A DNA stretch of 59,855 bases, the filler included, from Sphacelaria rigidula (Eukaryota), in assembly GCA_964200075.2 (NCBI GenBank). It is 5 parts of 5 records of this genome, joined end to end, with 100 filler letters (N's around TTAATTAATTAA, not from the genome) between each part and the next. Parts side by side here need not be neighbours in the genome. Positions count along the whole stretch, not along the records: positions 11,993 to 23,884 come from CAXNAA020004366.1; positions 23,985 to 35,875 come from CAXNAA020004367.1; 3 more parts are not named here. The stretch is one strand, 5' to 3'. Positions 11,993-24,224 of the stretch are shown piece by piece. The stretch's first letter is position 1. Every line of letters starts with the position of its first letter. The position numbers and the translations under genes are program-made. The notes beneath the pieces were generated by a model that saw only the letters and a program-made list of their open reading frames with translations, did not search any database and had not been told where the DNA came from.

Positions 11993-13269
11993 ATGAACGA
12001 TTAAAAAAACTTGTATCTTAATTGGCTCTGTATCTTAATTGGTACATTTCCCTCTAGTATGACCTATTCATTGAAATGATGGCTCTGAGTTGACTAACGA
12101 GTCAACATGTCACATCGCCAAAATTCTGAAACCATCGTGTGCGCAGTCGATACCGTTCACGGTACGGTATGGTATCACGGTAATGTTCTGTGTTATACTG
12201 CGCTGCTCTGCGTTGGGCTCGTTCTGTTGTGGTAAATGTAGTGACGCCTAGCCCAGCGTAGTGTATCCGTGCTGCTGTGCTATGCTTTGTTGGGCCCGGA
12301 CAAGGAAACCCCGAGTGGGTTCCGTCAAGGTCTGTTTTTACACAGCAATTGCCAACCGCGGTGAACCACCGTACACCACTGTGCAACTTTGTTCACGATG
12401 TACAATCTACATATCCTCGATGGTTTTCCCCCGTACTATGGTACCGGCCACATCCCCTTCGCTGTCGGCTAGTCTGAAGCACAGAAAAATGAAAAGTGCT
12501 CCGTGTACCGGCACGGCGGAGCAATTCGTACAGGTCCTTTCAGTACATTATTGCGTGTTTCCTTCTTGTGAGGTCCCAACACAACAGCATACGACCACGC
12601 CGTCGATGGTTCTTGATTGGAAGAACGCATCTTCCCACCATTACGCAGAGGTACCGCTCGTGTACGGTACTTAACAGCCGCGGCGAACTGCCGCGCCTCC
12701 TTGTACCTGCCGGGTGTAGTATTATGTTGACTCGCCATGATGCGCAAGCAGTCGTGCCGTATAAACCATTGGTCCGCTGAGTCGAGGTGTATAACACATA
12801 TGCAGCGCATTACCCATGGGAGAAAAATACGCGTGATACAGGCCCCATGAACATGAAATGGCAGAATTCAACTCTTTGCCGAGTGTTGGTCCCACCATCA
12901 CCCGAAGGTGAATAACATATAACATATTGTGCAGTGCAGGCATCTTGCGCGCATTACAGGTTGGAGAAAAGTGTGTGTGGTTCAGGGCCCATGACTTCAG
13001 ATTAATTTACCTGTATGACTTATGTAGGTCCCGCATTAATCCGAAGGTGGGAAACATATACGGGCGCTCACGTTGAACTTGTCACACATGGCGTACATGT
13101 ACAAGCCATTCACGCCTTGAGTCATGAAGAAGGGTTGGCTGTGTGAATTACAAATGATGTACGAACCGTATGATTTATTTGTCGAAATGATGACTCTGGG
13201 TTGACTCACGAGTTGATTTGTCCTAACCGTGAAATGTTGATGTAATTGAACGTTCATGCTCAACCCTAT

Positions 13270-13483
13270 CTGCCATTTCTTCCTGTGCTTTGCTTTTGTT
13301 ATTTATTTATTTTTCACGTCTTTGTCTACTATGTCGTTCTGTTCGACTTCCTTCTGTTCCTTCTTTTCTTGACCAAGTGTTCCAGTTTTGCTTTTCTTGG
13401 CTATGTTCATCATACGACCACGGCTGGACCCGTGGGGGGTCGGTTAAAGTGCGACAATCAATCAATAAAAGAAACCAATCAAC
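13270..13483 (+). mobile_element. LINE 3' end fragment
   Basis: Pyrimidine-rich tract, then GACCACGGCTGGACCCGTGGGGGGTCGGTTAAAGTGCGACAATCAATCAAT; matches 23020-23097. Confidence 0.65.
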
Positions 13484-14394
13484 CTTACAGCCAAGTCGTT
13501 TTTGAGAAATTCTGTACCGATAAAAAAACCATGGCAAAACACAAGAGAGGTCAAAGACTTTTAAAGAAAATCCCAGACCCATACCTCTTTTTTCAATTTG
13601 GCCTCGCCAGGGGGAGGGGACAAAGTCAACCTATTTCCACACCAATTCCTATGTACGGAAACGTGTTGCTTGATCTTAGGCCAGCTGAGGTAAGTTACTC
13701 GAAATCTGTACAGGTGGACTAAGTCACTTGATATTAGATTATCTAGGATAGGTTACTTGATTAAGAGTGGCGAGTTACTAGAACTGAGTATAGGTGACTT
13801 AAGTCACTAGATTTTACAGTTTGTGAGCCAAGTGGGTTGATCTTACAACGCTAGCTGAGGTAAGCTACTTGAACTGAGTATAGGTGAACCAGGCCAAGTT
13901 TGACATTTCATGTGACTGCACATGGTGGTTTGGACGGCCCATACATGGGCACATACAACAAGAGAGAGGATGAGAGACCATTTCAGAATTCACGAGGTAT
14001 TCAAAGGTATCCACATAATTAGGGGTATATTGGTCGGCAAAACATTTCGATCTAATATATCAACTATTACTGCAGGTACTTCCTTTCTGCATCAGCTGCT
14101 AGTATACTTGAAACTACTGTACACACAGTGCAAGGTCGATGAAAAACCTGGGCATCGATATGTAACAATCATATTTCGCCAATTCCCCTCTGCATCATGG
14201 CACTTTGAAGAGCATGACGTCAGTCTATCGTAATGCCGTCATGCATCACAATCGAATGACCACAACACGTTGCACCTCGTGGGGATAGGTGTTGGTACTG
14301 AAAGAGCCTGTCGAATCGTCCAACTCATCCACACCAACCACAATTTCAAGGGGAAAAGGCGACCTGAAACATTTTTTGCGCTGCCGGACGAGGG

Positions 14395-15660
14395 TGTTTT
14401 CATTTGTTGCTCGCCTTAGTCATTTGACCATTGATCACGCATCTCTTTGGAGAGGGAGTACCGTTCCTACTCCCGAAAGACTCCTCCAACATTCCGGCGC
14501 TCATGACGTTTCTTCAATACATGATACCAAAACCTTGAACATACCTGAGCGGCCGGTCGCCCCGGTGGCTCAGTTGGTAACATCGCATCCTTTCAACGGT
14601 TAGGTCGTGGGCTCGAATCTCGGTGAAGTCACACGATCTGGGATATTTTTTCACCCCATGCTCAACAGTGGAAAGCGACTATGTCGTGGGAACACAAAAT
14701 TCGACTCCACGGTCGACGAGGGAAAGAAACTGACTCCTGAATCTCTCTAGCGACGGAGAATATGGCAAGCATCGCAGAAGGAAGGCGGAGTACTGACACA
14801 ACCAGAAAAAACTATGTTGGCCTTCCTCCTGTGTGACCCCCACTGATGCGCCCACATATACCGAAAGGTGTAGACTGGCGTGCAGAATAGGCGGGATGAC
14901 AACACAACAACACAAATACCTCACCCCCTTTCTGTTTTCCCATCTTTGACCACCATCTATCTCCTAGCATCGCGATCGTTTTCGTGCTAATATCGAATGT
15001 ACACAACGATTCCATACCAACTTGAATTACTTCCCACATATCCCCCTCTAACACGTCCCGTTCCTCCTTGTATACTTTACATTCTGCTACACTATGAGTT
15101 GTTCTCTCTTTTGCTTCACCACAGGGACAATCCTGTGCGTCTGCGTCCGCCTCCACCCGATCACTGTTGTACCTCTTTCTTCTTTCTGGCTGGCGCAGGT
15201 CCCCCGCCCGAAATTGCACTTTCAGTTTTTTTGCGTAGTCCATTGGGCCGTGAGTATGTTTTCATCCCCATCTCTCTCAACCCCCGTGTATTTTCAGGTG
15301 CTCTTCCTCGTCCACTGTCCGTCTTAACGTTTGTCTTTTTCTTTTGTTTATCCTGTCTATGGCTCTATCTATCACTTTCGCCTTGTACCAACCACATTCA
15401 CCGATGGCCACTTTCTTGTCTTGGTTTCTTTCTATATCCTTGCATACTCTCTCGACTATGCTATCCCACCTTGTTTCAGCCTGCCCTTTCGCTACTTTAT
15501 TCCGCATAGCTCTATCGACTATTACTTGCAACCTCTTTCGCGGCATGCTCTCCACGTCGTATTGCCATTTCAATTTTCTCATGTCTATCTGTTGTGAGGT
15601 GGGTACATTCCCAATGATCATCTTCCAATCGTTTGCGCATCTCTGACTATTGTCCATGCA
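14395..15660 (-). mobile_element. Decayed LINE ORF2 C-terminal region, interrupted by a SINE
   Basis: Translations RKLKWQY..MPRKRL..., DYAKKLKVQFRAGDL..PERRKRY, CPCGEAKERTTHSVAECKVY (CCHC-like) and LGDRWW. The ORF-end motif resumes at 14400-14545 on the far side of the SINE. Confidence 0.85.
14551..14915 (+). mobile_element. tRNA-derived SINE, full length
   Basis: GGTCGCCCCGGTGGCTCAGTTGGTAAC (A-box), GGCTCGAATCTC (B-box), body and ACAAC-type tail. Flanked by ATACCTGAG (14541-14549) and ATACCTCAC (14916-14924), an imperfect TSD. Confidence 0.85.
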
Positions 15661-16446
15661 TCCCTCCCGAGACCCAAACACCAAGGGGGGGCAAGGAGTA
15701 GTTTGCGTCCGTTTTTTTCGCATGTCCTCGGCAAAGTAGGTCGTTATTGGTTTGTGCGTAGTTTTTGCATCCTGTGTGGCCCCTCCTTGTGCTGTCAAGA
15801 TAGCTACGTGCTGTAGTGTTGTGAAGAGAAAGTGACAGCGCAGTAGATTGTATGCAATGAAAAGCGATGACAAGCTGGTGTAGTATACCGTTGTGTTCAG
15901 ATGCTGATGAGAAACGTTTCTACAATACATATGATACGACACAGCAGCCCCAACACCATCACCAGTACAGACAGTACAAAGCAATGGCACCTGAGACGAT
16001 GTGATATGGGCACAGGATTAAGTATCCTTGAGGTGTGCCAACATTGCTTCGAACAAAGTACCGGCACTGTGAAATCATTAGAGGGAGAGAGTATAGATGT
16101 TGTTGGCATTTAGACAGCAGCAGTACTCTAAACTAGTGGCTGCTAGCGTACACCACCTGTCTAGCCAAAAATGTACCCAATGAAAACGGCTCGTCGAAGG
16201 CATATCATAGTGTATTTATGTACTTGAACTGCGGCTCAAAACCGGTCAGGGTTCTCCAGTACTCCTTTCTATGCAGATATGCCCAACACCCACTAGTTCG
16301 TGTGCATAGGCGTGTGGTCTGTTGAACAAACTCGTCCTGAACCCGAAAAAAATGTGCCATACCTCTAGGTATTCTTCGTCGACCAGTGGGCGGGTCGCAT
16401 CCTGAAGGTCAGTAGATATCATCACTTGGTAGATTGGAACTTTCCA

Positions 16447-18128
16447 AAGATGCTCCCCGTATGACCCGTAACAAACACACAAATGAGTATGCCCCCCCCC
16501 ATATGACCTCCACCACTATGGTCCGTATACGTACGCCCCCCGCAATCCCTCATCTCATACTGGTGGATACTGGTGATACTGAGTAATTTCCAGCCTGATA
16601 CTGTCGAGTACTGGTGATGATGGGTGCTTTCCCCCCCTGATACTGGCAGATACTGGCGATACTGCGTATTTTGCAGACTGATACTGGCGGATACTGGTGA
16701 TACTGGGTATTTCGCACCCCCATACGGGTGGATATTGGCGATGCTGCGTACTTTACGGCCTCATACTGGAGGATACTGGTGATCCTGGATATTTTGCCGC
16801 CTCTTACTGGCGAATTCTGGCGATGCTGGATATTTCAGCGTCACATACTGGTTCATACTGGCGGATACTGTGTAATTCTCCGTCTCATGCTGGTGCACAC
16901 TGACTGGCGATACTACGTATTTCCAAGGCGGATACTGGTGATACTGGTGATACTGGGTATTTTTGCCGCCTGATACTGGCGGATACTGGCGATACTGCGT
17001 ATTTCAGCGTCTCATACTGGTTCATGCCGGTACATACTGGGAATTTCGCAGCCTCGTACTGGTGGATACTGGCATCCACTCCATCCAACACGTTGCCGTG
17101 GTGATTCGTTGAACCAAAGAACTCTCCAGCACTCGTATCGAGGAAAACCACTACTATACACCCACGAGCAAGTAGTAGTACGAGTGTATTATTTTCCCAG
17201 CACACGAGGCGACACACAACGCAGCAGAAGAATGCCAGGAAGCACGCAGCGGCAGGAAAGCTGTCACTCTGACGGCCAAAACAAGAAAAATACGAGCTAA
17301 TCTATCCGTGACTGAAAACAAGCAAGCATGATTTTATGTGGAAGTAGTCAAATCAAAAGTCTGTAGTTGTAGTCCTAGCCCGCGGAAAAACTGTGGTTAC
17401 AAAAATGGATGGCGCTCTTGACTTCGTCCGGAACCTCCACAACATCGCCATTTTCTGCGGATGTCGGTGGAAGGCTCGCGGTGCTCTCCTCCCCCGCAGC
17501 TGGTGGTGGTGTTGTACGAGCGGCAGGTCCGGCAGCAACGCCGTTCGTTGGGGTTTGCCACACGTCCCGAACTGTCTGCTTCATCATCCCCTACTACAGA
17601 AAGGCTTTCTCCGGCGACGATACTGCCATTTCTTGGCATAGTCGTAGGGCTGGTGTATGTGAGGGTCGACCAGTAGGGGCCTCCTTCGTGTGTGTGCTTG
17701 TACGGAAGAGTGTCTCTTGTTGTAGCATGATACTGGAAAATGTCCCATCTCTTTTCGGATTGATATCAGTGGGTATTTCGCCGCCTGATACTGCCAGATA
17801 CTGGTGATAATGGGTATTCCGTCGCCTGATACTGACCGATACTGGCGATACTGCGCATTTTGTAGCCTGATACTGGCGGATACTGGCGATACTACTGCGT
17901 ATTTCGCAGCCTGATACTGGCGGATACTGGCGATACTGCGTATTTTTGCCCCCTGATACTGGCGGATACTGGTGATGGTGGGTATCCCGCAGCCTCATAC
18001 TGGTGGATTCTGGCGGATACTGGGTATTTTTGCCGTCTCATACGGGTGGATACTGGCCGTACCCATTTTACGGGTATGGGTAATATTGTACTGGATAATG
18101 GTGCCGTACGGGATACGGGGAGCATCTT
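16447..18128. mobile_element. Non-autonomous TIR element with long subterminal minisatellite arrays (possibly hAT-derived)
   Basis: 16-bp TIR AAGATGCTCCCCGTAT at 16447-16462 and 18113-18128. ~40-bp GATACTGGCGGATACTGGCGATACTGCGTATTT-type arrays at ~16555-17075 and ~17727-18060. The centre (minus strand) has a BED-finger-like remnant KSAIHFCNHSFSAG. No clear TSD. Confidence 0.65.
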
Positions 18129-18129
18129 A

Positions 18130-19640
18130 AAAACGTTCGCAGAATGTTCTAACTTGATTCGAGTGCGTGTAGTTCAGATCTTTAGTAGGGCTGATGATCA
18201 TAAATGCTCGTAGGGTGCGCAGACCGCGTCTTGCTCCTCTTGTGAATCTAAAATAATTTTGTTGAATGTTTCTCCGCAGGCATACATGCAAAGCGATGCG
18301 ATATGCTAGTAAGCCCAAACTAAAGATGGAGACTGTACACCCGCTCCATCTCGAGTAGCATTTACCTCCTGATGCCCCTTGTGCACCGCACGCCAATAAC
18401 CGCACGCCAAATCTCACGAGAACAATGAGAAAAACGCACTCTGCTATCCTAGATTCATTGAGTCCCTTGCCCGGGTTGAATGCCACCTGCTTTTACGCCA
18501 TCTATGAGTGCCTGAGATACCGCCCCTGAGTCTTACAAATTAGCTCTAACGTACTCCATGAAGACTCCAATACGCCAACGGCCTTCACGCTGAATTCCTG
18601 CTGGTAGAATGCCTGCTGCGGCCAAACTCGCTGCACCACCTGTACGACCCGAATGGATTGCGTGTTCTGACGGGTTCACACCATGTTGGTGTATTATTTC
18701 CCATAGTGCTGTTGTTGCTTGCTCGCTCGTCCACGCCTTCCACTTTGATTGTGAGGCGCACTTTGCTAGCGGGGCACTGGCGTCCAATTCTGCGTGTACC
18801 AGCATCAACGCGATCAGTAATTCTAAACCGCCACCCCGGGCGCCTTAGGCTTGTCCGATGTCTAATGACTGCGTGCTGGATTGAGTTTAAGCACGATTTC
18901 TGCTCAAAAACAGCCCCTATTCTTTCTTGATCTTGCCAATACCGTATGCGAACAGTTCTGATACCCCGCATAGAAGGAGACATGAAAGACATAGAGATAG
19001 CCAAGGTACCGTTCCTCCCTCGCCCCACGAGGGAAATAAACTGTGCCCTTGCCTTAGCATGACCCATTTTAGGGGGCGGCTCACGCGTGCCCCCTCCCCT
19101 CTTAGTGCACTCTCTCTACTTGAGCCCGTCCTGACTGTACGTAACTATTAGTGTGTCAGTGGTAACTCGATACCGACTAGTGTGCGGAATAATATGTCAC
19201 CGACGACCCACCAATTGCCGCAGGTAGCTTATTGCCCCTAGAGAAATATAAGTACGCTCCAAAATTTGCCGACGCCGGTGCCATTGCGTCTTTTCCTGTA
19301 GATGGATCTAGATATTCCTCTCTGCTAACGCCCTCTTGTCTAAACTGTTCGCACAATTTCCGACTCCCACTGTCAATGTTCATAGTCGATGGTGCAACAC
19401 CGACGCGTGCGAGAACGTCCATAACATCTCGGAACAAGTTGTTGCACCCTGCTCTCGCCCAGACTCGCCTCCTGCCAAGGTGAAAACGATTTTATGGCGC
19501 ACAGATTCGACGGGATTCACCACGCGGCCAGCGAGATGAACCGTCGGCGATAACGTCTTCGGTACCTACGATGTGGTTTGCCTAGTGACATCACCCGTCC
19601 CTCACCTCAAGAGTTCCGAGCAACCAGGCATGCGAGTCAC
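18130..19640 (-). mobile_element. DIRS-like tyrosine-recombinase retrotransposon relic (RNase H end plus YR)
   Basis: 18533-18808 encodes HAIHSGRTGGAASLAAAG...IQREGRWRIGVFMEYVRANL (YR H-x-x-R, W, Y motifs). 19177-19437 looks like the YR N-terminal region. ~19500-19620 reads LGTLEV..G...ANHIVG...ADGSSRWP (DIRS RNase H end). Frameshifted. Confidence 0.85.
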
Positions 19641-20863
19641 GCCCCGCCGTTAGGCTGCGAAACAGGGACTGTAGCAATCATTTCGTCAGTCATGATGCCA
19701 CGCCGCGAAAGGCCCGCTGGAGACCAGATTTAGAAAGTATCGATATTTCAAGATTTCAATGACTCGCGTGCTTGCTGCTGCACGGGTAAATTAGTCCTGT
19801 TTAACAATACCGCCGTCTTGCTGTCGCTGCCGTGCTGTGAGAGGCATACATCATATTGGGTCGTGGCGCGCTTTCGACGTGGATGTACGTCGTAGGTGAA
19901 GAGTAAGCGCAAGATGAGCATCTCCTCGTGTTGACTCGATTATTCCACATTAGATGTACGTGTGCCGTGAATGCTCATCCTTCATGCCTGTTGGGAAGCC
20001 GGTGTGGAGTGTTTGCACGAGGTATGCACATTTTGGACATCAAACGAGCCATAGATATTATCTAGTAGTTCTCATCCCTTCTTTTGTGCGAAATGAATCA
20101 TGGGCACGGGTTCCAACTTGTGGTCCACATGGTACGAATCAAACATACATTCTCCCCGAAGCGGGTTCCTGTGGAACGGATTGCGCACCTTGATTTGTTC
20201 AATAGGTGGAAGTTGGGGATCGAGCACATTTTCCTAATCTTATCCCACTGAGAACTGTCCTCGCGGTTCTCACCTCGGTGACTAGAATACACCATGTATT
20301 TCCTTCTTTTTTTTTGAACCCCCGCCCTTCCTTGGGACGAGTCCGTGGTCTCAAGAGATTAACCCATCTCTCCCCGGTACAGCGTATGGTTAATGGTCAA
20401 ACGACTAAGGCAAGCAACAAATGAGTATGCCCCCCCCTGGTACAGTGTGGTATTGATAACGGTCCTCCGCAATTTTGAAAATTCCAGTATCAAGCGGTGC
20501 GCGGTGACCCCAAGTATCAGGTGTTGCTTCCGCACAGTACCATTAATTGAGAGACCTCAACACCGTGCCGTGCGTGCTGTGAAGCCGTCGTTACACTACA
20601 GGGCGGTTGTATTTACGGCATGTGGAAACTGGAATCTCCGCGGTTGGGCACCGAGCTGCACTTGTTCGGCCTCGTATCATGCCATGCAACCATTTTCCAA
20701 TTTGTTTTGCCTAGGACAGCCCTGAATCCTTCGTATTCGGATGTCCTTGCCCTTCTTGTAGTTGAATCCGGGGAGCACACATAAACTTCCTCATCCAGCT
20801 CCCCATCGTGCCCACGTCTTGAAGCATTATGCCCACTCCATCGCCTCCTTCTCACTTGTGCAG

Positions 20864-23382
20864 GTGCCAGTTTTCGCCAAGAAACTATTTTCGATGTGCA
20901 CCGACGAGGTACTGGAGCATCTAGAGGGGCTCTCTGGCAAGCCAACGGACGTCGTGCTGTTCGGAATCGAGGCGCATGTGTGCATCACGCAGGTAGTGTG
21001 GGGACGCGGCGATGGTTGTTGCAGAATGTGATGTAATGACGAGAGATCGATACCTCCATCCAACAAAGGTGATGTGTTTTCAAGGTTGTCGCCGGTGTAT
21101 ACTCTACTGCGTCCAAAAACGCGGTTCATTGCGCCATTTGGATAGTGTACTCCTTACCGCACAAGGTGGTATTTCCCATGTATCATGTAGGATGCACGGC
21201 GAAATCTCTCGTTCCGTACCGCAGATGACCCTTCCCGTGCGGTACTTGGCCACGAAGCGCCGAAACCGTACGGCGCAAGTACCGCGGAACACCCGTACTT
21301 TTCCATTTCTGTGCCGTAACGTCCACATCACCCCTCTGCCCGTCGCACGTCTTGAACGAGAAGAGGTTTATCGAGGTACCGTTTCTCGCGGGTTAGCTGT
21401 GAGGTAATTTGCGCACCTTATTATTCACATGTCGCTTGCGTGTGTTGGGTCGTGAAGCGAACAATCTCCGTGGGAGAATTTTTCCGTGAATTTTTGGCGT
21501 CATCTTGCTGGCCCTTCAACAAGTTTTTACTCCCCAACATATTTCACGACTTCTCACCCGTGTTCAGTTGATCGCGGTACTACAGCGCTCGGTCGGGTCT
21601 GCCGAGGAACCAACCATACGGCCCTGATGTTCCGTTGTCATGGTCGCGTTATTCCTCTTTCAATAACTGCTTTGAGAGTCGTAAATGTGCGCGCGGGAGG
21701 GGTTGCGGGCCAGGCACTCCACGCCTGAGGCTTGACCTCACCAGCTGACCATGTTTCATCTTAAACGTCCCAGATATGAACACCGACAAGGCGAATAGAA
21801 TGATCACATGATGGTAGAGGTGGTCATCATATCTTTGCAGCAAAATATGTCTGTCGAACATGCCCTCTTCCCGGAGTGGGTAGTACGGTAGATTCTCACC
21901 TCGCGGGATTTTTTTCACTGCCCGTTGATGTGGGTTCTGTTGCTGACCCTGTACTCCCGCTCAACTGACGTATTTTCAATTTGGCGGCAGACTTGTCTGG
22001 ATTTGCTGGAGCGCGGCTACGGAGTTCATGTCGTATGTGACGGCGTCTCTAGCCAGAAGTGAGCATTGACGCCGTGGAAAGTCAACACACAGGGTTCACT
22101 TTTTTTGCACATCGAGTCGTGGCTGCTCCGCATAGAATATAAACTGTGTGTGATGCACGGTGTGGCAGTTCGTGGCACCTAGAAGAATAAGATGGCACGC
22201 GGCAAGCCCGAGATATTGCGGTATGACTCTAGATGCTGGCATTAAGTCGCTACCATACTGTGCGTATTATGAAGGGGGGCCCGTCTGCTGTCGAGTAGAG
22301 ATTTTCAGGCGGTGTTGTACTCACTATGCGTCGTGCTCATGTTGACCTCTTCTCGGTGCCTACGTGCTTGTTCATCTGCAGACCGTACGACCGAACTGTG
22401 GCCCTCCAGCGGATGCAGCAAGTAGGCGCATTTCTGACTACGGCGGAGCAGGTCGCCTTTCAGTTGACTGTTTCTGCGGAACATCCCAAGTGAGCTGCGT
22501 TTTACGATTGGTTCAACCGTGGGCAAGTGTCGAAGACGTCCAAGCAATCAAATAACGCGCCATAATAGCTATGTCCTTAAGTGGCTCTGCAGTGTCCCCT
22601 GGTGTGTGTCTGTATCTACTCTGCTGCCCTGAATTCTTTGAGCTTCAGTTCTGTAGTCTCGTTCCCTGTTCTCCCTTCCCCCCATCTTTCTCTCTTTATA
22701 TGTGTTCTTTCCTGCCGATGTATGACAGAGCGGTGGGTTACCTCGCTTCGTTGTGTTTCTTCGTGGATGAGAGGGTCCATACTCGAAATAGAGCGTTTGT
22801 CGTAGACAAGCTGCAATATTTTCTTTTCCACGGCCTTTCGTTTTCTGCGACTGGCTGTGAGTGTGGTTCTGCGCAAGGCCTCGTACGCCGAAGCCATGTG
22901 GCAAAGATCGGCCATTTCTTTCTTCGCTTTGCTTTGCTTTTTTTTTTCCCGACTCCTTCCCCTAATTCTTATTTTTCTTCAGCGAGTGTTTTAGTTTTGT
23001 TTCGTCTTGGATACGTCTATGATGTGACCACGGCTGGATACCTGTGGGGTAGGTTCAAGTGCGACAATCAATCCACCAATCAATCAAATCAATTAATGAC
23101 CTGTGCTTTTGTACTAATAGCGGAACGCTGTATTCATGCTCTATGTACAATACAACGTGCACCGGGCGCTCTTGTTGCGCGTGTAGTCGTTCATGTCCTC
23201 GCGTGTACACGAAAACGTCGGCGGCTGCAGCCAGATCATGGTATCAGCCTTGTTCGCGGAACGCGTCTCACTTGTCTCATCTTTCCCCCCCTTGTCACGT
23301 CCGCAGTTTCAAGAAGGTCTCTGGTCTGGTCAAGAGTCGCAACGAGGAGGGGAACGCGTTCTTCGCGTCGTCAACGTTGTGA
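20864..23382 (+). CDS. Isochorismatase domain-containing protein (ISOC1/2-like), 3' four exons: 20864-20992, 21991-22058, 22382-22489, 23307-23382
   Basis: GT-AG spliced, phase-consistent product VPVFAKKLFSMCTDEVLEHLEGLSGKPTDVVLFGIEAHVCITQ-TCLDLLERGYGVHVVCDGVSSQK-PYDRTVALQRMQQVGAFLTTAEQVAFQLTVSAEHPN-FKKVSGLVKSRNEEGNAFFASSTL*. K..FSM and GIEAHVC motifs are present. 5' exons not found in this scaffold. Confidence 0.93.
22840..23097 (+). mobile_element. LINE 3' UTR fragment in the last isochorismatase intron
   Basis: GCGCAAGGCC...GATCGGCCATT motif, T-rich linker, GACCACGGCTGGATACCTGTGGGG...GTGCGACAATCAAT tail. Confidence 0.65.
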
Positions 23383-23812
23383 AGTAGTAAAGGGGGGATC
23401 GGTCACTTTGTAGCATCAAACTGAAGCAACAAGAGTGACTTGGTGACGAGCACCAAAGCTGGCAGGGTAGTTGGAGCTGTGGGACTGGCTTAGACTTCAC
23501 GCGTGCTCAATATTACGACGACTGTGTGACGTTCGGTAAATACTGAATGTAATCGATTTACCAGCAGAAGAGGCTGCGCATTCGCCACATTTTTGCGCGA
23601 TGCAGGTGAAGTGATGCCGGACCTCTCCACCACGGTCATTGCCATCGGTATAGGCGCTTTGTACTTCATGTAGCCTTCTGTGTGCACTCCAAAATTTTTG
23701 CTTCGTCTACTGATTCAACGGCCGGTGTGCGGTAAGCCGCTGTATCTTGTGTATTGCCGGTGTCATTGTGTCAAGGTTGTCGATTATTTTTGTCTGCCTA
23801 AGCTTTGCCGCC

Positions 23813-23884
23813 GCGCCCCGGTGGTGTAATGTTCCGACTGTCGCCATTAGGGTGAAGAGAACGGGGGTTCGATTCCCGATGGGT
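23813..23884 (+). other. tRNA-like sequence (SINE head of a second family or tRNA pseudogene), cut by the scaffold end
   Basis: A-box-like TGGTGTAATG and B-box GGTTCGATTCCC at tRNA spacing, but the stems do not close into a clean cloverleaf. Confidence 0.45.
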
Positions 23885-23984
23885 NNNNNNNNNNNNNNNN
23901 NNNNNNNNNNNNNNNNNNNNNNNNNNNNTTAATTAATTAANNNNNNNNNNNNNNNNNNNNNNNNNNNNNNNNNNNNNNNNNNNN
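23885..23984. other. Artificial scaffold spacer
   Basis: 44 N + TTAATTAATTAA + 44 N. Confidence 0.97.
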
Positions 23985-24163
23985 CTTGCCTTTGTTTCTT
24001 ATCGCGAGAGGGGTTCAGCAGTCCCTTTCCCTCGTCGACCGTAAAGTCGAATTTTGTGAATCTCCACCGTTGGGCATGAGAAAAATCCCACATCGCTCCA
24101 ACATTTGAACCCACGACCCAACCGTCACAAGGTTTCGAGGTTACCAACTGAGCCACCGGGGCG
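23985..24163 (-). mobile_element. tRNA-derived SINE, 5' half (3' part beyond scaffold edge)
   Basis: Reverse complement matches the head and body of 14551-14915, with a short internal deletion. Confidence 0.85.
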
Positions 24164-24224
24164 AAGAATTGGCACTTCCAAACTTCCAAGATCAATATGA
24201 GAGTTGACGGAGAAAGTTGTTTCA

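Noticed and set aside
16555..18060. CRISPR-like or coding interpretation of the GATACTGG arrays
   Set aside because: Degenerate minisatellite without unique spacers; the ORFs are repeat artefacts.
22571..23413. 280-aa ORF
   Set aside because: Runs through an intron made of low-complexity and LINE 3' UTR sequence, and overlaps the true last exon out of frame.
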